Made by a program: the position numbers and the translations under genes. A model generated the notes under the pieces. That model did no database searches and had not been told where the DNA came from. It saw nothing but the letters and a program-made list of their open reading frames with translations. Shown piece by piece: positions 62,501-64,000 of a stretch of DNA of 64,000 nt. Each line of letters starts with the position of its first letter. Position 1 is the stretch's first letter. The DNA comes from Amoebophrya sp. A120 (lineage: Eukaryota; Protista; Dinoflagellata), in assembly GCA_905178155.1 (NCBI GenBank), contig CAJINV010000003.1, forward strand, positions 11,821,105 to 11,885,104, read 5' to 3'.

Positions 62501-64000
62501 GTCTTCCCGCAACTTGCGTTGCGCGTGCGCCAGCTCGCGCGGCTCGGCGACGGGCTGTACGGGCTGGGCAAACTCTTGGGCGCGGTTCCGCCGGGGGGCG
62601 GCCCGGGCGCCGGGGCCCCGGCCCTTGGGCCGACAATTGTCTCCAAGATAGGAAGCCGACTGGACACGCACCGAGCCGCGGCGGCGGCGCTGCTGAACCA
62701 GGACGGAGGGCAAACGCCGGGGATTCTGGCCCAGCGGAAGAGCGTTCTCGGTTGCTCCCCGGATTCGGCCCCGTCAGCGGAGGAGAAGGACGACGCACAG
62801 CTGGCGCCGCTGAGCAAGGTCGAGAAGCTCTGCCCCGTGCTATTCGAGGGGACGCCAACGGACGAAGCCGCTGGAGGCTCGGTAGGGGTCGCGCTTGATA
62901 AGATGAAGGCGTTTGTAGGAACCTTCGGTCAAGAGACGCGCCGCGATTGGAAGAAGAAGTGTCCCTGCTTCGAGAAGCCGTTCGAGGAGAATCCGAATGC
63001 AGACGATTGGTATCCAAGAAAAAAACGCTGATAGTGTATGGTAAAAAAAACTTTGTGTTGGAAACGATGCAAGACAGCTACTCTTCGTCGTGTTGTTGAT
63101 TACTTATGCGTCATAGGCTAGCACTAGCTCCATTCTAAGTGCGCGTTTCTTTTCACGAAGCGCTCGCGCATGACAAGTTTTTGCTGTCATGCCAGGCAGC
63201 TCTATCATCGACTTTTTCCTCCAAAGGGTTAATACACTATTTACACAGTTTTGTTTTCTCGGCATAAGTGGGCGAGGAAGTCTGAGGGGTCAAAGCCCGT
63301 ACGGACGGCGCTGCCGTTCTTCCAATTCAGTGACAACTTAGCGGTGATGGACGACCGCCTGGCGCAGTTTTTTGCCTCGGCGAAAGGAAACACGATAAGC
63401 ACCTCGGTGGCCGGGTACGACGGGCGGCCGGAGACCTTTTGGGAGGCGTCCGACGACAAGCGCTACCCGTTCAACCTTCCGGATTATCTCACCTTTGCGG
63501 ACAATTTACTGTCGGAAAAATTCAAGGCAAACGCGGCCGGGTTTCACGCGTGGCCGTCCTTGAAGCAGCATTGCGGGAAAACCGGGTCGGACGAGTCCCG
63601 GTCCGGCTGTCCGGGCGCGGTCTTGCGCATGCTGCTCAACTATGCATTGCAAATATGTCATCTGGGTCCGCAGGAGTGTCCGACGATTTTGTCATGCCAA
63701 ATTTGATCGACACAAAAATCTGTATTCCGTGACCAGGAACAAGAGTCCCCACTTTTGGTTCTTACCAGAAGGCGGCATTCCTCATTCGGATTCAGCATTG
63801 CGGAGCCTTCTCGAAACTTGTGATGCTGGAGCCGACATTCCAGGCCTTCTGGGTCATGCAGAAGCTGCATGACAAAGCTCGCACTTTCCAGACCCAGACA
63901 TATTTGCTTTTGATATCAACCCGCGGTACGGGGTCTCCCCGCGCGCGGCGCCGACCTTCAAGGTCAAGTCCGCGCCCAGGTCCTACGACATTCCCGAAGC
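41540..64000 (+). CDS. Giant hypothetical helical/coiled-coil protein (>4,600 aa in this span), ~31 introns, truncated by the window end
   Basis: Continuous frame rebuilt by removing each element plus one TSD copy; G/C-ending codons in exons; no recognisable enzyme motif. Confidence 0.85.
43481..43732. mobile_element. Introner
   Basis: TIR; perfect TSD agatc; joins KQI-ARMRPK. Confidence 0.93.
43764..44025. mobile_element. Introner, young 262-bp family
   Basis: ~34-bp TIR; perfect TSD gggaa; joins KPG-NEVLQK. Confidence 0.95.
44693..44915. mobile_element. Introner
   Basis: TIR aactccccctccccctcatttg; perfect TSD cagaa; joins EDR-NRRHL. Confidence 0.9.
45114..45455. mobile_element. Introner (related to 13543)
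   Basis: tatgg..tgaaatcga TIR; TSD ggcat/cgcat; joins KGI-GAGKS. Confidence 0.8.
45703..45754 (+). repeat. 27-bp coding tandem duplication (EAVAAPPT x2)
   Basis: cagaagctgtagctgccccccctac occurs twice. Confidence 0.85.
46495..46721. mobile_element. Introner, tatcgcargaaaaaactgt family
   Basis: TSD agcgg/cgcgg; joins KEAV-KTNFD. Confidence 0.82.
46967..47270. mobile_element. Aged introner
   Basis: tatcc..gcata; flanks caacg/cagtg; frame restored. Confidence 0.65.
47876..48137. mobile_element. Introner, young 262-bp family
   Basis: TIR (terminal A>G); perfect TSD gcagt; joins GLQS-LGSNF. Confidence 0.93.
48845..49053. mobile_element. Introner (related to 46495)
   Basis: TIR gaaaaaactgtttc; TSD gaaac/gcaac. 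Confidence 0.85.
49077..49338. mobile_element. Introner, young 262-bp family
   Basis: TIR; perfect TSD gaacg; joins FLN-DQYYKLPK. Confidence 0.95.
50678..50995. mobile_element. Introner
   Basis: tatgca..tgcaaata TIR; TSD tcttt/tattt. Confidence 0.78.
51490..51675. mobile_element. Aged introner
   Basis: tatcctgtgcaaga / cttttgcaatgcata; frame restored (PVC-QMREL). Confidence 0.6.
52257..52520. mobile_element. Introner
   Basis: TIR ctcag..tgttacaatctc; perfect TSD tcggt. Confidence 0.85.
53466..53574. mobile_element. Minimal 109-bp introner
   Basis: Mostly TIR hairpin; perfect TSD cgaaa. Confidence 0.88.
53646..53973. mobile_element. Introner (family of 654 and 59641)
   Basis: Perfect TSD agctg; joins VKL-SELEAK. 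Confidence 0.88.
54625..54951. mobile_element. Introner
   Basis: gtaaaaac TIR; perfect TSD ggagg. Confidence 0.85.
55045..55263. mobile_element. Introner
   Basis: TIR ..aaaagctag; perfect TSD ctgtg; joins GEL-WRDSV. Confidence 0.85.
55956..56258. mobile_element. Introner
   Basis: tatcaaatgcaaatatc TIR; perfect TSD gtgtt. Confidence 0.9.
56361..56604. mobile_element. Introner
   Basis: tatcaaatgcaaatatgt TIR; perfect TSD acgaa. Confidence 0.92.
56674..57315. mobile_element. Introner carrying a nested insertion
   Basis: tatcctgagcaaaaacg family; perfect TSD tttga; joins FGL-ITSAE. Confidence 0.82.
56860..57280 (+). mobile_element. Nested 421-bp insertion, possibly a truncated non-LTR retroelement/SINE
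   Basis: Flanked by 7-bp direct repeat acagcta; (ATG)n tract near the 3' end; lacks introner motifs. Confidence 0.6.
57620..57921. mobile_element. Introner
   Basis: aacgtcc / gggacgtttttactcaggata; flanks cggtc/aggtg; frame restored. Confidence 0.78.
57998..58159. mobile_element. Aged introner now readable as GT-AG intron 57996-58162
   Basis: TIR caaaagtatcgt / acgatgcttttg; CAA|gt...ag|CAC. Confidence 0.65.
58763..59013. mobile_element. Introner (related to 10432 and 43481)
   Basis: TIR; perfect TSD tcatt. Confidence 0.92.
59106..59416. mobile_element. Introner
   Basis: tgcaaatat TIR; TSD tccga/tccca. Confidence 0.8.
59641..60041. mobile_element. Introner (family of 654)
   Basis: ~33-bp TIR; TSD tcgtc/tcgtt. 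Confidence 0.88.
60089..60256. mobile_element. Aged introner
   Basis: aaaagcatatcg / cgatactgcttttt; frame restored. Confidence 0.6.
60576..60836. mobile_element. Introner, 262-bp family in reverse orientation
   Basis: Interior is the reverse complement of the 49077 copy; TSD gtgga/gtgca. Confidence 0.92.
60925..61110. mobile_element. Introner
   Basis: tatgca..gcaaacat TIR; perfect TSD cttca. Confidence 0.88.
61533..61701. mobile_element. Introner
   Basis: TSD caagc/gaagc; joins SK-QLRYDY. Confidence 0.78.
63011..63266. mobile_element. Introner
   Basis: TSD attgg/agtgg; joins DDW-ARKSE. Confidence 0.78.
63641..63915. mobile_element. Introner
   Basis: TIR gcaaatatgtc..tgggtc; perfect TSD tcaac; joins LLN-PRYGV. 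Confidence 0.9.

Noticed and set aside
10432-63915. Recurrent peptides such as SNVKMSGSGRL, FQTQTFLHLI and PDPDIFTFD in many ORFs, suggesting a repeated protein domain
   Set aside because: They are translations of the introner TIR in different frames, not coding sequence.

Overview
Eukaryotic protist DNA. Gene style and intron type point to the parasitic syndinian dinoflagellate Amoebophrya (inference, no search run). Every gene I could model from 1 to ~33 kb is on the minus strand: a GDPD phosphodiesterase, two tandem paralogous secreted coiled-coil proteins, a ~1,700-aa protein with a possible MATH-like C-terminus, a large secreted protein, a GT31/C1GALT1-like glycosyltransferase, a cation:proton antiporter, a possible histone H4 relic and a small membrane protein with SHP boxes. 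A non-coding, repeat-like strand-switch block (~33-37 kb) follows, then one giant plus-strand gene that runs off the window. The dominant signal is about 40 short (100-400 bp, one 642 bp) MITE-like insertions in coding exons. They have TA...TA termini, long terminal inverted repeats, a shared subterminal TGT(C/G/A)ATGC motif and 5-bp target-site duplications (TSDs). At nearly all, removing the element plus one TSD copy restores the reading frame, and most lack GT-AG ends: these are non-canonical, transposon-derived introns (introners). Coordinates were counted by hand and may be off by a few bases.
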